Shown piece after piece: positions 21,525 through 34,357 of a stretch of DNA of 64,000 nt. Under the pieces are notes generated by a model, which saw only the letters and a program-made list of their open reading frames with translations, did no database searches and had not been told where the DNA came from. Positions within the stretch are counted from its first letter, which is position 1. Each line of letters begins with the position of its first letter. The position numbers were made by a program, and so were the translations under genes. Origin of the DNA: Nitrosopumilaceae archaeon (GTDB lineage: Archaea > Thermoproteota > Nitrososphaeria > Nitrososphaerales > Nitrosopumilaceae); contig OZ242365.1 in NCBI GenBank assembly GCA_965208905.1, forward strand, positions 576,001-640,000, read 5' to 3'.

Positions 21525-22160
21525 ATGCACCCCTGCCTGAACATGGCTCTGCGCGTGATGATTCAACCCAATTCCGCATTTACCGAGATACGCGATAACG
21601 ATCAAAGGTACTTTGCGTGGTCGGTCTGGATCTACGTACTCGGCGCCGTTCTGTGGGCAGTCATCACTGTTCCGTTGGACGATTCCGCTAGTGGGTATTG
21701 GGAGGCGGCGGTCCTGTCTACGGTGGTCTCCATACCAAGCGGAATCATCTCCATAGCTGTGATCTACTTGGTTGGAAGGCGGCTCGGCGGAAACGCGAGC
21801 TGGAGGAAGGTCTTCTCTGCTATCTTTTACGCGCATGTCTACGCCATTCCAATGTTCGTCGTACTGATGGCGCTAATGCTCCCGACCGTAGGCCTTATAC
21901 CACTGTATCCTCTGGACGGGCCGGGTCCAGCCGATGTTGGTATCCACGAAATAACCAGTGAATCCCTCAATGCTTTCCGGGACATCATCACGTTCTGGAT
22001 AGTCCTCACTATCATCATGGTCACGTTTGTCATCTGGGGGTTAGTGCTCTTGGTAAAGGCGGTAAAGACCGTCAACGGGTTCGGCACCGCTAAGGCGTTC
22101 GGCATCATCGTATTGGGGTCGGTGGTCTCGATCGTCATATTCGCGCCATTCAGCATATGA
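21525..22160 (+). CDS. Yip1-domain membrane protein
   Basis: PNSAFTEIRD start, LGGNASWRKVFSAIFYA, AVKTVNGFGTAKAFGII. Confidence 0.8.
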   Translation: MHPCLNMALRVMIQPNSAFTEIRDNDQRYFAWSVWIYVLGAVLWAVITVPLDDSASGYWEAAVLSTVVSIPSGIISIAVIYLVGRRLGGNASWRKVFSAIFYAHVYAIPMFVVLMALMLPTVGLIPLYPLDGPGPADVGIHEITSESLNAFRDIITFWIVLTIIMVTFVIWGLVLLVKAVKTVNGFGTAKAFGIIVLGSVVSIVIFAPFSI

Positions 22161-22362
22161 GACCGTATTCATGTTAGTGACATACGCGCCGCGTAGGTCT
22201 TGGGACGCGCCTACAGCATGCAGTCGGATTACAGCCGCTTCCAAGATGGGAAACGCCGAGCCGGTCCCACACTTTTATGGTTCTGTGTACTCATCGACAC
22301 CATACGCACCACCGTTTGTGTCATTCTGCTGACCGGACTGACGGCTCTAGTCCTCTCATTTA

Positions 22363-23472
22363 TAGTTGGGAGTATAAATAATCCTACATTCTGTTAGAAA
22401 GGCATAAATGATCAAAATTATTACCTAATTATATGAATAACCAAACTAATGCCCAAAAAATAAAGGCTGCCCTAAAACAGACTAAGAGTACAACGCAATA
22501 CGCCCGTATCGTAGCCGTAAATATGGTGCGCGTTAAAGGATATACCGTCTCTGCGGCAGCGGATGTGCTTGGTGTAGATCGTAGCACCATATATGATTGG
22601 CTTAATGTCTACGACCATAAAGGCCTGGATGGCCTCGCCGATGGTGCGAGGCCTGGCCGTCCATCTTTCGTACCGCGCCACACATTAGAGAATATAATTA
22701 ACAATACCAAACAATTCACCGCCTACGGATTTGTTAAACTGGCTGAGAAAAAGACCGGCATAAAATACAGCGAATCGCAAGCGCGCCGTATCCTTAGGTC
22801 TCTTGGGTTTACCATACGGAAGACTCCCCGGATATCCGACCGAATTCCACCAAGGAAAGATCTCGAAATCTGGCAGAAAGATGCCAAAAATGAGATAGAA
22901 ACATTGGAAAAAGACGGATTCACGCCTATAATGTCGGATGAAAGCCACCAAAATTTGAGCATGTTTGGCAGCGGCGCAGTCTATACACGCGGTGATGCCA
23001 TACCGGTACAAACACCACTCGGCAACCAGCGCCAGACCATATACGGCGGCATCACGCTGGACGGGCAGACATGCTATATGGCCGCTAGCAAGGCCAACGA
23101 CAGGTCCTTTATCAGGTATTTAAACAAGACAAAAAAACGGTTCGGCAAGGTTGCCGTAATACTGGACAATGCCGCATATCACAACTCTAGTCGTGTAAAG
23201 CGATACTTGAAAAAGAATAATAATTTCGTCAAACTGATATTCTTGCCTCCATACTCGCCGTTTTTAAATCCAGCCGAATGGTTATGGCTCAACGGCAAGG
23301 CAAGGATACGGCGAACTTTCAGGCGGCCGGCCAAAAGATATTTCCGAAGAAAAATCATGCTGATATACGAGTCACTGGAAATAAAGTTTGATCCGCGCAA
23401 TATTCTGTTCAGAAATTTGGACAGAATCCTGCCGGTGTAAAACTGGTGTCGGGTTATTTATGCACCTAACTA
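22363..23472 (+). mobile_element. IS630-family element (transposase 22433-23440)
   Basis: D(SDESH)..D(DNAAYH)..E(NPAE) triad; 19-bp imperfect IRs TAGTTGGGAGTATAAATAA / TTATTTATGCACCTAACTA; TA duplication. Confidence 0.95.
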
Positions 23473-23673
23473 TACACACGCGCAGCAAACACCGGACCAG
23501 CTCCCGTTTATCACCACTTGGAAGACCGACACCGCCAACAGACCATCACCATCCCTTTAGTGTATTCCGGCTACCCAGGGAAACTCTGGTGTCGATAACT
23601 ACTATCTTGCATCCCCATAGTCTTTGACTATCCTAGCCGTAGAACCAACGGCCTCTTTAAGTCGGTAAAGTAA

Positions 23674-24138
23674 CTATGCGGACTCTCCGTCAATTAAAAG
23701 TATGGGGCAGGATACACGCTCTATAATTTTTCTAGAGATGCTGCCTAGTTTCAATACCCCCATTATCCCCGTCAACTTCCTTCTTTTTGCCATCACGATC
23801 AAGTCGCACTTTTCGGCAGCACTTATTCGCACTATCTCGTCGTCGGGATACCCGTGAACGACTACAGTATCGATCTCAATTCCGCTCTTTCCAAGTTCTG
23901 CCGCCTTTGCATCCAACTGCTTGCGCATTTCTCTTTTCATTTCGCTTCTTATCTGATTGAGACTCTCTGTAATCTTCTTTCTCTCGGAATACTCAAGCGA
24001 CAGTGGAATGGGCATGTTTTCAACAACATACAGTACCGTAATCTTTGCATGGTTGTCTTTGGCCATCATTACGGCATGCTGTAGGGCTTCGTCTCCTGCG
24101 CTGCTGCCTGCATGGGGGACCAGTATGTTTCTATACAT
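23674..24138 (-). CDS. universal stress protein
   Basis: YRNILVP, GYPDDEIV, DLIVMA, LGSISRKIIERVSCPILLI. Confidence 0.93.
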   Translation of the reverse strand: MYRNILVPHAGSSAGDEALQHAVMMAKDNHAKITVLYVVENMPIPLSLEYSERKKITESLNQIRSEMKREMRKQLDAKAAELGKSGIEIDTVVVHGYPDDEIVRISAAEKCDLIVMAKRRKLTGIMGVLKLGSISRKIIERVSCPILLIDGESA

Positions 24139-24527
24139 GCCAACCTCCAGACGCAGAAACAGATGCCTTGCGCCACTGTTGGCTTTGCAGATGTTTCGAC
24201 TCCCGAGACTTTGTCGTGGACCTCTGCGCTGCCAGTAGTTTGAATTCTCGTCTTTGCCTATGTGCCGGCCTTGTAATTTTTTTCACCGGCTTGCTGCTTG
24301 GTATGATGGCTAGGCCGATGATAGTAGACCAAGCTACCAACAATAGAGAGTAAGAGGGGTTCTTGGTTTTTGAGGCTTGTAATTTTTGTTTTGGTTTATG
24401 GTGCAGCATCATTATAGAATGCATGGCGGAAACTGATAATTCGTTTCTACCCGACTTCCAGTTCAAACTCCTATCGCCACCATAGCATATCTTCCTATTT
24501 ACTGTATTTATATTGGTAGCAACTCAT

Positions 24528-24820
24528 TAGTTGGGATCAAAAGTAATCCCGTATCCTGTAAGGCATAAATGATCCCAGCTTCAACCCGGTGCATGAACGA
24601 CCAAACCGTGCCAAAAAAAATCAAGACGGTCATAAAACAAACCCGAGGCACATATGAGTATGGCCGTGTCATGACCATAAACATGATGCGTATCAAGGGA
24701 TTTGCCACATTGGTAGCGGCAGACGCGCTAGACGTTGACCGCAGAACCGTCAGCGACTGGCTTGACACTTACAACAGCAAACGCCGGGACAGTCTCGCCG
24801 ACGACGCGAGGGCGGTCCGG
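24528..24820 (+). pseudogene. IS630 5' remnant
   Basis: TAGTTGGGA...GGCATAAATGATC left end, and an N-terminal HTH similar to the intact IS630 copies. Confidence 0.8.
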
Positions 24821-25064
24821 GCCAAAGGCAGATACTGGACATGATACTGAACATGATCTTGTACAAGGATCCCACGCATTATTGATTGTACGCGCAACTG
24901 GGACGAGCACTAAGACCTGATGTTGATACAAAAACACTAGATGCACACCGGGCCGGATTCGGATGGATGGCGCATGCGGAAAGAGGGTTAGATTGCAGCC
25001 AAAACCACTGTAGATGTCCAAAATGTATTCTTAATGAACCGAGCAGTTCAGGCAGCTGACGGCC

Positions 25065-26672
25065 TCAGCGCATGACACCGACCAGCGCCCACTCACCATC
25101 ATGCACACTCCATACTTCTATACTGGAAGGAGAGAGATCCCCGTTCGAGTCCAGAACCATGGGTCCCAGCGTGCCGAAGTGCCTCTGCGCCACGTACGGG
25201 ATAGCCTCCTTCAACCGTTCCGGGTCCATACTCTGGGAATGCTGGATGGCAAGGCCTAGAATCCACGCTGACTCGTAGGCGGCCAGCATATCGTGTGTTG
25301 CAACCTTGCCGGTAGCCTCAGTGAGGCCCTGGCGCACGGTCTCAAGGTTCGGACCTGTTCCTTCCACCTGCAGGGCAGTATATCCGGTAGCAGAGACAAA
25401 CCCGGATATGGCCGGATTGTTCGTGTACCTAGCGTCCCTAGCGGTATAGTCGGTGCCGAACCATCTAACCCTTTCTGCGCCTTGGTGCGTGCTCATGGTC
25501 TCCAAGAAGAGCAGATCTTCGGTGGGTAGCGAAAAGACAGCCACCCGGTTGTCTCCATGGGTATCGGCCAGTAACACTATCCTGTCACGTATCTCCGCGC
25601 CCAAGTCTCCTAGCCTCATGCCAGCATCCTGAGTGATGCCGTCGTCCACTGCACCGCCCAGCCCAGCAAAGGATGTTGCAATGTCATTCCGGTAGTTGTT
25701 GTTCCACGGGTCGTCCGTCCAGACCGGAAGAAGTACACGTATGCCGTTATGCCACATTAGTCTTGCCAAGTCCGCCCCGAGCCGCGCATCGCTGGGGGAC
25801 GTCCGGAACACTCCGTCCGGCTCGTTCAGGGGGCTGGATGTGCCACAACAACTGAGGGCCACCACATCAGAATTATGCTCTCTTAGTGTCATCAGGCCAA
25901 GAAAGTCTGGCGGGCCCAGATATGCAGTTACACCTTCGGAGGAGAGATCATCGGCCAGCTTTTGGATCTCCGCGCCGACGGTATCCTGTATGACTACCTC
26001 CAGCATCCAGTCCTCGCCTATCTCCTCCAAGTATGAGTTAAAGTCTGTCACTCCTGCCATGGTGGACTCTAGCATTATGCTGCCAAAGCCTCCAAAATCA
26101 GCATCCAGCGGGAAGAGACCGCCCACCTTGGTTGGTGTAAACGCGCTCAAGGAGCAGACCGTCTGGCTGCCAGAGATGTGGCGAACATCCACAACAACTT
26201 TGGCACCGCCCGTGCCGTTGGTCGTCTCTATCGGTATCATCAGGGATCCGGATCCCGAGAGCGCCAGCGGGAACCTCTCTGCGCTCAGCCTGATGGGCTC
26301 GGACAGGACGATATCCGTCCTGATTTCATCTTGGTTTAAATATCCTGCGTGATCCAAAGCCATGCCGTCCAGACGCACTGAGTCTGATCTGATGGTATAC
26401 TCTCCGCTACCTTCCGAGACATACAGGTTCAGCGAGTAGAGCAGCGCATCGTCGGTGCATCCGAACACCAGCTTGTGCGTTGCAGTGCCGTCAGAATGAG
26501 GGATAGTAGCATGGAACGTCTGTGACCAGAGCACCGCATCCTGACTTGTGGACGTCATATGGGATGGAGCCTCCGTGGATGCGGGCATATCCAACATAGC
26601 CGGGGCTGCCAGGGCGCCAGGGATGATGCCGCATGTAGCAACTAATATGGCGCCTAGCAATACCGGATTCAA
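25065..26672 (-). CDS. secreted LivJ/K-type (type I) substrate-binding protein
   Basis: signal peptide; FRTSPSDA, AAYESAWILGLAI, GTLGPMVLDSNGD. Confidence 0.8.
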   Translation of the reverse strand: MNPVLLGAILVATCGIIPGALAAPAMLDMPASTEAPSHMTSTSQDAVLWSQTFHATIPHSDGTATHKLVFGCTDDALLYSLNLYVSEGSGEYTIRSDSVRLDGMALDHAGYLNQDEIRTDIVLSEPIRLSAERFPLALSGSGSLMIPIETTNGTGGAKVVVDVRHISGSQTVCSLSAFTPTKVGGLFPLDADFGGFGSIMLESTMAGVTDFNSYLEEIGEDWMLEVVIQDTVGAEIQKLADDLSSEGVTAYLGPPDFLGLMTLREHNSDVVALSCCGTSSPLNEPDGVFRTSPSDARLGADLARLMWHNGIRVLLPVWTDDPWNNNYRNDIATSFAGLGGAVDDGITQDAGMRLGDLGAEIRDRIVLLADTHGDNRVAVFSLPTEDLLFLETMSTHQGAERVRWFGTDYTARDARYTNNPAISGFVSATGYTALQVEGTGPNLETVRQGLTEATGKVATHDMLAAYESAWILGLAIQHSQSMDPERLKEAIPYVAQRHFGTLGPMVLDSNGDLSPSSIEVWSVHDGEWALVGVMR

Positions 26673-27333
26673 TATCTTGTATCATTTCTAGATTCTTATA
26701 ACTTTACTGGCTAAAACAAGGTTGTTGCGTAATTCGATCCTGACCCCATTGAAGTCCACTCGATAAGTTTTTTGATCGTTGATTCCCTGCACACGACAAT
26801 GAGCTAACATACTAGATGACCGGACTATTGGAAATATTAGATGCTTTTTTCTAGTATAATTTTATCAGTAGGAGTACGCTGACAAACCTACACTCATGTG
26901 TATGAAATGCTCGACTTGTTCTACATCTGTCATTAGTTGGCTACAATTTGACCCATCTTATCGGCCTGTAAGGCCTCTAGTATATATGGCCAAGTTTTTG
27001 TAGAGTAGCATCCTGTATGAGTTGCTATACTGACAGTCTCTGTTTTATGATATCGCCTGTGTCTGATTGTTCTAGGCGTTCTTTAGAATATACAAGGGCC
27101 TCGCGCACTTCGGCTATGGACACTTTTGGCAGGACATATTTGGTGGTTGTATGTCTGGATTCCATTGTGCACCACTTCTCATGGAGATTAAGATCTAATA
27201 ACACTTAGATTAGATCATAAATATTTTTAATGTATAATTGTCAGTTATTATTTGGCCCTACGACTACCATGCGCCATAATATCAGTCTAGAATTCATCAT
27301 TAGGTATAACTAGAAGACCATTCAATATTGTAC

Positions 27334-27615
27334 ATGACAGAGCTTCCCACTAGAAACGACATAAAAAAAGGATTAATGGTAGAGGTAGAGACCAAGAAGG
27401 ATCAAGGTACGGGTAGACTTACTGTTGGGACAGTCAAAGAAATTCTCACGGCCAGTAAATATCACCCATACGGCATCAAGGTCAGATTGCAGAGCGGTCA
27501 AGTGGGCCGTGTCAAAAAAATTACCACCGCTATTACAGAAAAACAAACACGTTCATTCACAAACTTGGACATAAAGTCCATTCCAAAAACCGAGAACAAG
27601 TACAATGAGCTCTAG
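27334..27615 (+). CDS. YwbE (DUF2196)-family protein, possibly truncated
   Basis: KKDQGTGRLTVGTVKEILT...HPYGIKVRLQSGQVGRVK. Confidence 0.85.
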   Translation: MTELPTRNDIKKGLMVEVETKKDQGTGRLTVGTVKEILTASKYHPYGIKVRLQSGQVGRVKKITTAITEKQTRSFTNLDIKSIPKTENKYNEL

Positions 27616-27989
27616 GAAGATCATCAAATAGTATAATTGTCATATCGCCTTCTAAAACTGCGTACAGCTCCCCATTGCTCCATTACAAACTAATTCCAGA
27701 ATACCAAGACGCATCGTCATATATCATATTACCTATAGTAATAGTCACGTTTTGTTCCTCAGTCTATAATTTTTTATTTTTATCTTTTAATGTACCATAT
27801 TGCATCATATTGTGTGTTTAAATTCGGTCAGAGATACTGTCTTTAATACGGCTAATAAACATCATATAGTTAACCAATTTTTATGTATAATTTAATTTAT
27901 CAAAAAACAGCCCACACATTGTACGGTATTATTTTATATTTTATTTAATAAAAAATATCAAAAACAAATTATAGTATCGATATAATAAA

Positions 27990-30900
27990 ATGAACCTATT
28001 GGGCTCAGAACAGATAGAAAATAATTCAAAGTTGTTTAGTGCCAATCCGCAGGAGGTTGTAGTAGCCATAGAGGCAAAGCGACTTCAGTATGCATTTATG
28101 TTTGATCCGTTATTGGCAATGAGTACCTCCAAGGTGGATCCACTGCCACATCAAATAGAGGCCGTATACAAATACTTACTAAAGAAACCCCGTATTCGTT
28201 TTCTGTTTGCTCATGATCCTGGTGCGGGTAAGACCATAATGGCAGGACTAGTAATAAAGGAGCTAAAACTACGAGGTTTAATAAATCGAATATTGATAGT
28301 CGTACCCGGGCATCTTAAGGAGCAGTGGCGTTGGGAGATGGAAGACAGATTTCATGAGACGTTCGATGTCATAGATCGTCAGCGTTACAACGAGTTGAAT
28401 AGCACCAATGTTTGGAATGGTTCTCAGATTATTACAGCGCTTGACTTTGCCAAACGTGTGGACGTGTTAGACTCCATAGATGGTGTTAACTTTGATCTCA
28501 TAATAGTAGATGAGGCACACAAGATGAGCGCCTATTCTACTGGTAGGACCACTACAAAGACGCAGAGGTACCGTTTAGGAGAGACGCTCTCATCTGTAAG
28601 CAAACACTTACTATTCTTAACAGCCACTCCTCACAAGGGAGACCCCGCCAACTTTCGACTGTTGTTAGACCTGTTGGAGCCCGGCTACTTTTCGGCGGAT
28701 GGTATGATAGAGGATGCCATCAAAAATCAGGACAATCCATTGTTTCTTCGCCGGGCAAAAGAGAGTATGGTTGATTTTGATGGTAAGCCTTTGTTTATGC
28801 CCCGCCAGGTACATACGCCTGATCTGAAGCTCTCTCCCACTGAGAGAACATTATACAATACTCTATCCAACTACGTACAGAAGCAGTATAATTTAGCTAT
28901 GCAGGCGATCAGGGGCCACAATATCACATTTGCCCTCATAATACTGCAGAGACGTTTTGCTTCCAGTACATATGCGCTCTCCGAGTCATTGAAGCGTAGA
29001 AAGGCACGGCTCGAAGAGTTGGAGAGAAGTGCCACCAAGGTAACCAGTGATAATGTTGATGTCACAACACAGATGGAACGGGTGGAGGAGATGTCTGAAA
29101 GTGAGAGATGGGACGAGGAGAAGAAGTGGGAGATACTCAGTCTTGCCCAAAATACTAAAGAGTTGCGCCAAGAGATAGAGATGCTGGACAAGCTGATACA
29201 GAACGCCAGTCGAGTCATGAAGCGGAAGACCGAGACAAAGTTGAGTCAACTACAAAGCACATTACGCACGTTGGATCAGGAACAACCAAACGAAAAGGTA
29301 CTGATATTTACCGAGGCCAAGGATACACTAGACTATCTCGTATCAAATATATAGTTAGGTGCATAAATAACCCGACACCAGTTTTACACCGGTAGGATTT
29401 TGTCTAAATTTCTGAACAGAATATTGCGCGGATCAAACTTTATTTCCAGTGACTCGTATATCAGCATGATTTTTCTTCGGAAATATCTTTTGGCCGGCCG
29501 CCTGAAAGTTCGCCGTATCCTTGCCTTGCCGTTGAGCCATAACCATTCGGCTGGATTTAAAAACGGCGAGTACGGCGGCAAGAATATCAGTTTGACGAAA
29601 TTACTATTCTTTTTCAAGTATCGCTTTACACGGCTGGAATTATGATACGCGGCATTGTCCACTATTACGGCAACCTTGCCGAACTGTTTTTTCGTCTTGT
29701 TCAAATACCTGATAAAGGACCTGTCGTTGGCCTTGCTAGCGGCCATATAGCATGTCTGCCCGTCCAACGTGATGCCACCGTATATGCTCTGGCGCTGGTT
29801 GCAAAGTGGCGTTTGTACCGGTATGGCATCACCGCGTGTATAGACCGCGCCGCTGCCAAACATGCTCAAATTTTGGTGGCTTTCATCCGACATTATAGGC
29901 GTGAATCCGTCTTTTTCCAGCGTTTCTATCTCATTTTTGGCATCTTTCTGCCAGATTTCGAGATCTTTCCTTGGTGGAATTCGGTCGGATATCCGGGAAG
30001 TCTTCCGTATAGTAAAGCCAAGAGACCTAAGGATACGGCGCGCTTGCGATTCGCTGTATTTTATGCCGGTCTTTTTCTCAACCAGTTTAACAAATCTGTA
30101 GGCGGTAAATCGCTTGATGCCGTTAATTATATTCTCTAATGTGTGACGCGGTACGAAATATGGACGGCCCGGCCTCGCACCATCGGCGAGGCCATCCAGG
30201 CCTTTGTGGTCGTAGGCATTAAGCCAATCATATATGGTACTACGATCGACACCGAGCACATCCGCTGCCAAGGAGACAGCATGTCCTTTAATGCGCACCA
30301 TATTTACGGCTACGATACGGGCGTATTGCGTCGCACTCTTGGTCTGTTTTAGGGCCGTTTTTATTTTTTGAGCTTCGGTTTGGTTATTCATATAATTAGG
30401 TAATGATTTTGATCATTTATGCCTTTCTAATAGAATGTAGGATTATTTATGCTCCCAACTATAGAGTCGTGGGGATATACAGTAAACACCATACATGGTG
30501 CCATGACATCCAATACACGTAAGGAAGCAGAAGCCATATTCCAAGACAAGACGCGCATAATGGTGGCAACAGAAGCCGCGGGGGAGGGAATAAATCTACA
30601 ATTCTGCCACATTATGATCAATTATGACTTGCCATGGAATCCCAACAGATTAGAACAGCGGATGGGCAGAATACACCGATACGGGCAGAAGCGGGACGTA
30701 CATGTCTTTAATCTGGTGGCAGCAAACACCCGAGAAGGCCAGATAATGCAAGTACTCTTTGACAAACTATTAGAGATAAAGAATGCCATTGGGAGCGATA
30801 AGGTCTTTGATGTCATCAGTGATATAGTTCCAGGCAAGAGTCTATCGCAGTTGCTACTGGATGCCACCGTCCGCTCAAGGAGTCAGAAGGTCATAATGAG

Positions 30901-32206
30901 GGACTTGAACCAGATTTTAGATATTGATCGTCATAATGCCCAGAACTATCCCAAGGACAGTCTTGCCAGCAAATACATGGACCAGACCATACTCCAAGAA
31001 AGACAGGAGTCGGCGCGAGAGAGGCAGCTTGTGCCCCACTACACACAGAGTATATTTAATGACATCATACAACTGGGTCAGGGAGATATAACTAATTTAG
31101 GTGGAGGATTAGTCTCCATAGCCCCTCCAAAAGATATGAAACTGGAGGGTGCCAAGACATGTCCAGTAGCAACCTTCCAAAAACAGATTCGTATGGCAAA
31201 TCCCAAAGTAGACCTTATAACATTTGGCCATCCACTCTTTGACTCGACATTACGGTGGGCTGCACGACGCTATGCCGGTACAGCCAATATAGGAGCAGTC
31301 TTTACAGACCCAACTGGCAGTCTATCGGGTGTTATAGCTTTTTGTGAGATGTCCATAAAAGATGGGGTCGGTAGATTGGCAGGCCATACCATGACAGCCT
31401 ATTATGTAGACCTGTCTGGCAATGTAAAGGAGGTACCAACTGCAATCTTGTTGGATTTGGAGCCTAGAGGAGAGATTGTAGAGGCCCCGGATATGAACAA
31501 AGTGCAGCGCTTAGTCTTAAAGGCAGTAAAAGAGTCACAGAGTAAATTTACAGATACCATACAGCAAGATCGAAGCGCTCAAGCTGACACAGCCCAGAGA
31601 TATGGAATTAAATCCATAGACAACATGTTAGCTACTATTAGTGATGATATTGAGGTCTTGCTTGGTAAAAAGACCAAGGGAAAGAAGGTAGATTTGGCCA
31701 TATATAATAAGCGTAAAGATCGTTATCGATACAGGCGGGCTCAACGAGAATTAAAAGAGCGCATAAAGAAAGACAGTATGCTAAAGTCTGACACTCCTTG
31801 TCTAATAGGCATTGCCCTGGTGGTTCCCAGCACTGCCAATATCACACAACAGTACAAGCAAGCAGTACAATTGGCCATGAAACATGAAAAAAGACGCAAA
31901 AGGCAACCAGAAGAGACCACTGCAATGGGGTATGGCTTCAATATACGCTCGGTGGATACTGCAAAAAAGTCTGGGGACACTCCAAATACCAGATATATAA
32001 TATCAAAAGTGAACACAACCAATACAATCACCTTTACACGCAACGAGTGGCTTCGGGCCAACATGTTGGGGGATGACTGTTATCTATACATCTGTAAGAA
32101 GGATATGTCTTCAGGGCGTATACATGAGTTGCAGAATCCAGCCAAGGTTCTTGCAGCCACTAGAACTGAGTGCGGTTACAATATAGACATATCCAACATA
32201 TGCTAG
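27990..32206 (+). pseudogene. SNF2-family helicase with a degenerate DUF3883-like tail, interrupted by IS630
   Basis: DPGAGKT, DEAH and TATP in the 5' half; ATEAAGEGINLQ and EQRMGRIHRYGQ in the 3' half; removing the IS and one TA restores the frame (LVSNI-ESWGY). Confidence 0.9.
29352..30461 (-). mobile_element. IS630-family element, second copy (transposase 29384-30391)
   Basis: closely similar to 22363-23472; IRs and TA duplication at 29350-51 and 30462-63. Confidence 0.95.
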
Positions 32207-32207
32207 T

Positions 32208-33800
32208 CTATATCTCTTTTAGCATTTTTATGAGGATACGCCGGTTTGTGTTATTTGTCTTTAGTGATTTTATAAATTTGGCAAACATTTCTTCGGATAC
32301 AGGAATTGTTTGTATATTCTCCAAGTGTCTCATAACTTTGAGGTAATGATCTTTGCCAGTCTTGGATTTTGTAAATCTCTGTATTGTTCTTCCGTATAAT
32401 TCAAAGTATCTGATGGGGGATTTTTTGGCCAGTTTGGGCAGGTATGTAGCATACATATCATGATTATCCAGCGTTTCTAGAGAATCAATGGCTTTTTGGT
32501 GCATACCTTCCTTTACATATATCTGCACAGAGCGCTCGGGCGCCGTAGCCATCAGGTTGTTGTATATTGTATCTAGTGTTAAGCTCCAATCACTGGAGAT
32601 CTTCTTCAACTTGAAAAAGTACTTCCAATCGCCGGTGGCTTCAAACAGGTATCTTAGTATCTGTTGGTATTCGTCTCTGGCGTTGACAAATATTGGTAGG
32701 GCTTCATCAAGTATCTGTGAATCCGTCGGGAATGCGTTAACTACCCTGCGTGCATCTCTGATGGCGCGTTTATCATCTGTACGTTTTAGTATACTCACAA
32801 AGTATCTGCATGTATCTGCATCGTTTGCATAGTATGGTAATAGTGCATCGGCAGCATCATCCCATCGGCCAGCATCTTCGAGTATAAATGCCTGCATACT
32901 TGCTAACTGTTGGGGATCGCCAGTCTTTGGATTTGATTGAGTTAGACTCATCCAGTGTGACATATCCTCCTCTTCGGTGCAGATAGTCTTTAGCGACTCG
33001 ACATAATAAGGCCAGTATGCTCGATATACGGGATTTGTGGCCCTCTCAAAGACATATTTGATATATTGCTTTTTCGTGTCTGAACTCATTTCTGCACGAA
33101 TTACTGAGTCTGTCAGGTTCTCTATTGCTTCAATGGCGCAGTCCTTGTAGTAACCATAATCATCCTGAGCATCCTTTATTGTGGTGATTATGTGTTCGGC
33201 GATGCTACTGTATGCTCTAGCAGCTTCTATATGATCTCCAGCATTGCGCTCTTCGCGAGCAATCTCGAATATATCCTCAAATGTTACATCTTGAGTCTTA
33301 GTATTACTGTATAGGCTATTTAACATCCGGGTATAGTTGCGTGGCAGATGGACATTCTGCAGTCTAAGATGCTCTACAAAGAGGTTGTAAAAATTAGGGT
33401 CTTTTTTTAGTTGTTTAGATACAAAATTCAGTATTTTTTTATGCGATACGTGGGACATAAAGTAGTCTACCGACTCCATTTGTATATCATGTTCCTCTTT
33501 TAATTTGTCCATGTTATCGGCAACGTGCAACATCGCTGCGATAACATGCCAACACCAATAGCCCATCTTACTGTCATGGCAGTCACAAGATCCACCCACC
33601 TCACCGTGTTTATCCCTTAATTCTACGGATATATCCTCACCATAAGTCTCTATTGCTACATTTATCACATCTTTACTGATCCATGCGTCCTTCACTACAT
33701 CTTGATAATACCCATTGGCTTCAGCGTATATTTTTGAGGGGCAACTAGCCTTTATCTGCTTACTGTCTGGAAAGGTCTTCCAGTGTTTATTAACTGTCAT
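32208..33800 (-). CDS. SWIM zinc-finger protein
   Basis: CDC...CWHVIA SWIM motif followed by a helical region. Confidence 0.8.
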   Translation of the reverse strand: MTVNKHWKTFPDSKQIKASCPSKIYAEANGYYQDVVKDAWISKDVINVAIETYGEDISVELRDKHGEVGGSCDCHDSKMGYWCWHVIAAMLHVADNMDKLKEEHDIQMESVDYFMSHVSHKKILNFVSKQLKKDPNFYNLFVEHLRLQNVHLPRNYTRMLNSLYSNTKTQDVTFEDIFEIAREERNAGDHIEAARAYSSIAEHIITTIKDAQDDYGYYKDCAIEAIENLTDSVIRAEMSSDTKKQYIKYVFERATNPVYRAYWPYYVESLKTICTEEEDMSHWMSLTQSNPKTGDPQQLASMQAFILEDAGRWDDAADALLPYYANDADTCRYFVSILKRTDDKRAIRDARRVVNAFPTDSQILDEALPIFVNARDEYQQILRYLFEATGDWKYFFKLKKISSDWSLTLDTIYNNLMATAPERSVQIYVKEGMHQKAIDSLETLDNHDMYATYLPKLAKKSPIRYFELYGRTIQRFTKSKTGKDHYLKVMRHLENIQTIPVSEEMFAKFIKSLKTNNTNRRILIKMLKEI

Positions 33801-34357
33801 GTGTGATATTTTTATGATCTTTCTAAATATTTTTTTCTATATAGTAATATGGCGAATTTTGTACAGTAGGTGCTTTATACATGAATGGTCCAAAATCTAG
33901 TACAGATAGATGTACTGTATGGTTGGCCGCATATACAGGGTGGCTTAAACGCTATGGGTAGACGCATGGTAATGATGAATCGATATAATGCATCGAAAAT
34001 TGTTGAAAATTCAAATTTGATAACAACAATAAAACAGAAACATGGTGAAGGTTGGAGAGAGATTAGCTGGGTACGCGTATGGTGACAAGACATATTGATT
34101 CTCTGGAGAGAACATCGGACATTGATGCGATATTAGACGATATGGAAGAGATGGTACAACGCATCAAAAATTATCCAGTACATCCCAAGTATGATCTATA
34201 ATATTATTGGTTTATAGCTAAAGCTAAATTATATTGTTTTTTAAATATTACTAGACCTAATATAGGTAGATCGCTGGCTGTGGGGATTATATGTCTGAGT
34301 AAACATGTGTGACAGATACTTCAAACCTTTTTAGGGATGAGGTATTTACCATACACA

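Noticed and set aside
24131-24466. 111-aa basic ORF overlapping the uspA start
   Set aside because: No motif support and an uncertain start.
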